From NCBI GenBank assembly GCA_024137785.1, contig JAHRHZ010000061.1, positions 1,762,066 to 1,826,065 of the forward strand: a DNA stretch of 64,000 bases, in the 5' to 3' direction. The DNA comes from Ginglymostoma cirratum (lineage: Eukaryota). The notes beneath the pieces are model-generated. The model had not been told where the DNA came from, did no database searches, and saw nothing but the letters and a program-made list of their open reading frames with translations. The stretch's first letter is position 1. Each line of letters begins with the position of its first letter. Position numbers and translations under genes: made by a program. Below are positions 62,871 through 64,000 of the stretch, piece by piece.

Positions 62871-64000
62871 TATTTACATGTATGTTTAGGCAAATAAAAT
62901 TCACACCTTCCATAGTCATCAAATCCTGGTGTGAAACTCAAAGTCTGGACTTCTGTCTCAGAGGCAAAGAAATGCCACTGCACACCAAACATTCTGGATA
63001 GTGCAGTACTTTTATAATGCATTAAAGGCTTAGAACCTTAAAGGAATTGTGGTAATATGCCTAGGATTAGTGAAAATCCTAGTATTTAGCTAACTGTTCG
63101 TTAAATATGAAATTTGATTTCCTTGCTAGTTTTTCTTAGGTTGCAGAACAATTGATTAATTCTCCTGTCAGGACTCAGCAACATGTCTAACTCTTTGGTG
63201 GAACAATGTTGATTAACTGCAGAAACAATTAAAAGAATTAATATTGCCCTAGCTCAAATAAATAACGTTAAGGCCTGTTTTTATGAATAGAAAGGAGTCT
63301 TGCAATGATATAATTTGAGGTAAGACTTAGTTGTAGAAGCTTCTTGCCTCTTTCCCTTCCTGTTAAAAAATTGGGAGCTAAGTCAATTTTGACTCTGTGG
63401 GTGATTAGTTTTGAATGAATTAAAGCTTTATTCATTCTGTCAGATGTGACAAAATCATTGAGTTACTTGAGCTTCAGCATTAATTCCAATTCACTTACTG
63501 CCCAGACTCAATATCAAGTGCCGGACTTTCTGTTATGAAACAAACAGGAGAAATGGTGCCCACAAGACTAGCCCTTCTCATGCTCACGTTTCCCATCAAG
63601 CTTTTATCTTATGCTTTTCCAAGATCCTTATCAGTGTCTAAGGCATTGCATCCATAAATCAGCTAAGCGTTGGCCATAAACTGAACTTTTACATTCTCAT
63701 CAAAGTGTATTAGTGGTCTACATCTTTTGAGATGTTTTCCATTTATTCAAACTATCCTGCAACACCATATTGAAAGTTGTTTATGTAATAAGTGTCCTTC
63801 TACTTTTCCAGGGTGTCTTTGAGATATGGATTGAAGGTGGCTTTTTTTGTATTGTGCAATGACAAAGGGTTAATTGATAATCTTGCTCTAAAGGAGACTT
63901 CAGAAAAGAGTAAACTTGATACGGTAGAATTTTTGATTAAGAGTGAAAACAATGTAGTTGAATCAAAAATAGGTTCTTCAATGTATACAAAGGAAAATGT

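Noticed and set aside
63490-63770. Candidate HHLA2 IgV1 exon (acceptor and donor-like sites present)
   Set aside because: No open frame with the Ig C-W-C pattern was found.
1-64000. Prokaryotic systems (CRISPR arrays, operons, retrons) or endogenous non-retroviral virus genes
   Set aside because: No regularly spaced repeats and no long non-transposon ORFs; all RT motifs belong to vertebrate LINE or LTR families.

Overview
Repeat-rich vertebrate genomic DNA. The repeat content (HE1/V-SINE-type SINEs, CR1 LINEs, Penelope-like elements) points to a cartilaginous fish, probably a shark; this is inference. Two convergent genes are present. On the + strand are the last 13 coding exons of CIP2A (KIAA1524), 1703..34524, with the reading frame checked across every junction and one U12-type AT-AC intron (2979..4450). 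On the - strand is the 3' part of a B7-family HHLA2-like gene: an IgC exon (56721..57014), a second IgV exon (53797..54108) and a transmembrane/terminal exon (44921..45057) that the ORF track misses. Its signal peptide and first IgV exons were not found and are presumably beyond the window. The rest is nested mobile DNA: one near-complete CR1, many CR1/L2-like, Rex1/Babar and RTE fragments, a Gypsy integrase plus LTR, solo LTRs and a Harbinger transposase fossil. Most notable observations: (1) a dense family of short, often fold-back Penelope-derived inserts carrying minimal hammerhead ribozyme cores and 12-15 bp target-site duplications; (2) a local ~340 bp inverted duplication that brackets the HHLA2 transmembrane exon and could act as a membrane/soluble switch; (3) the AT-AC minor intron; (4) no MYH15 between CIP2A and HHLA2. 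Repeat boundaries are approximate. All identifications are by eye and from recalled family motifs, with no database search.
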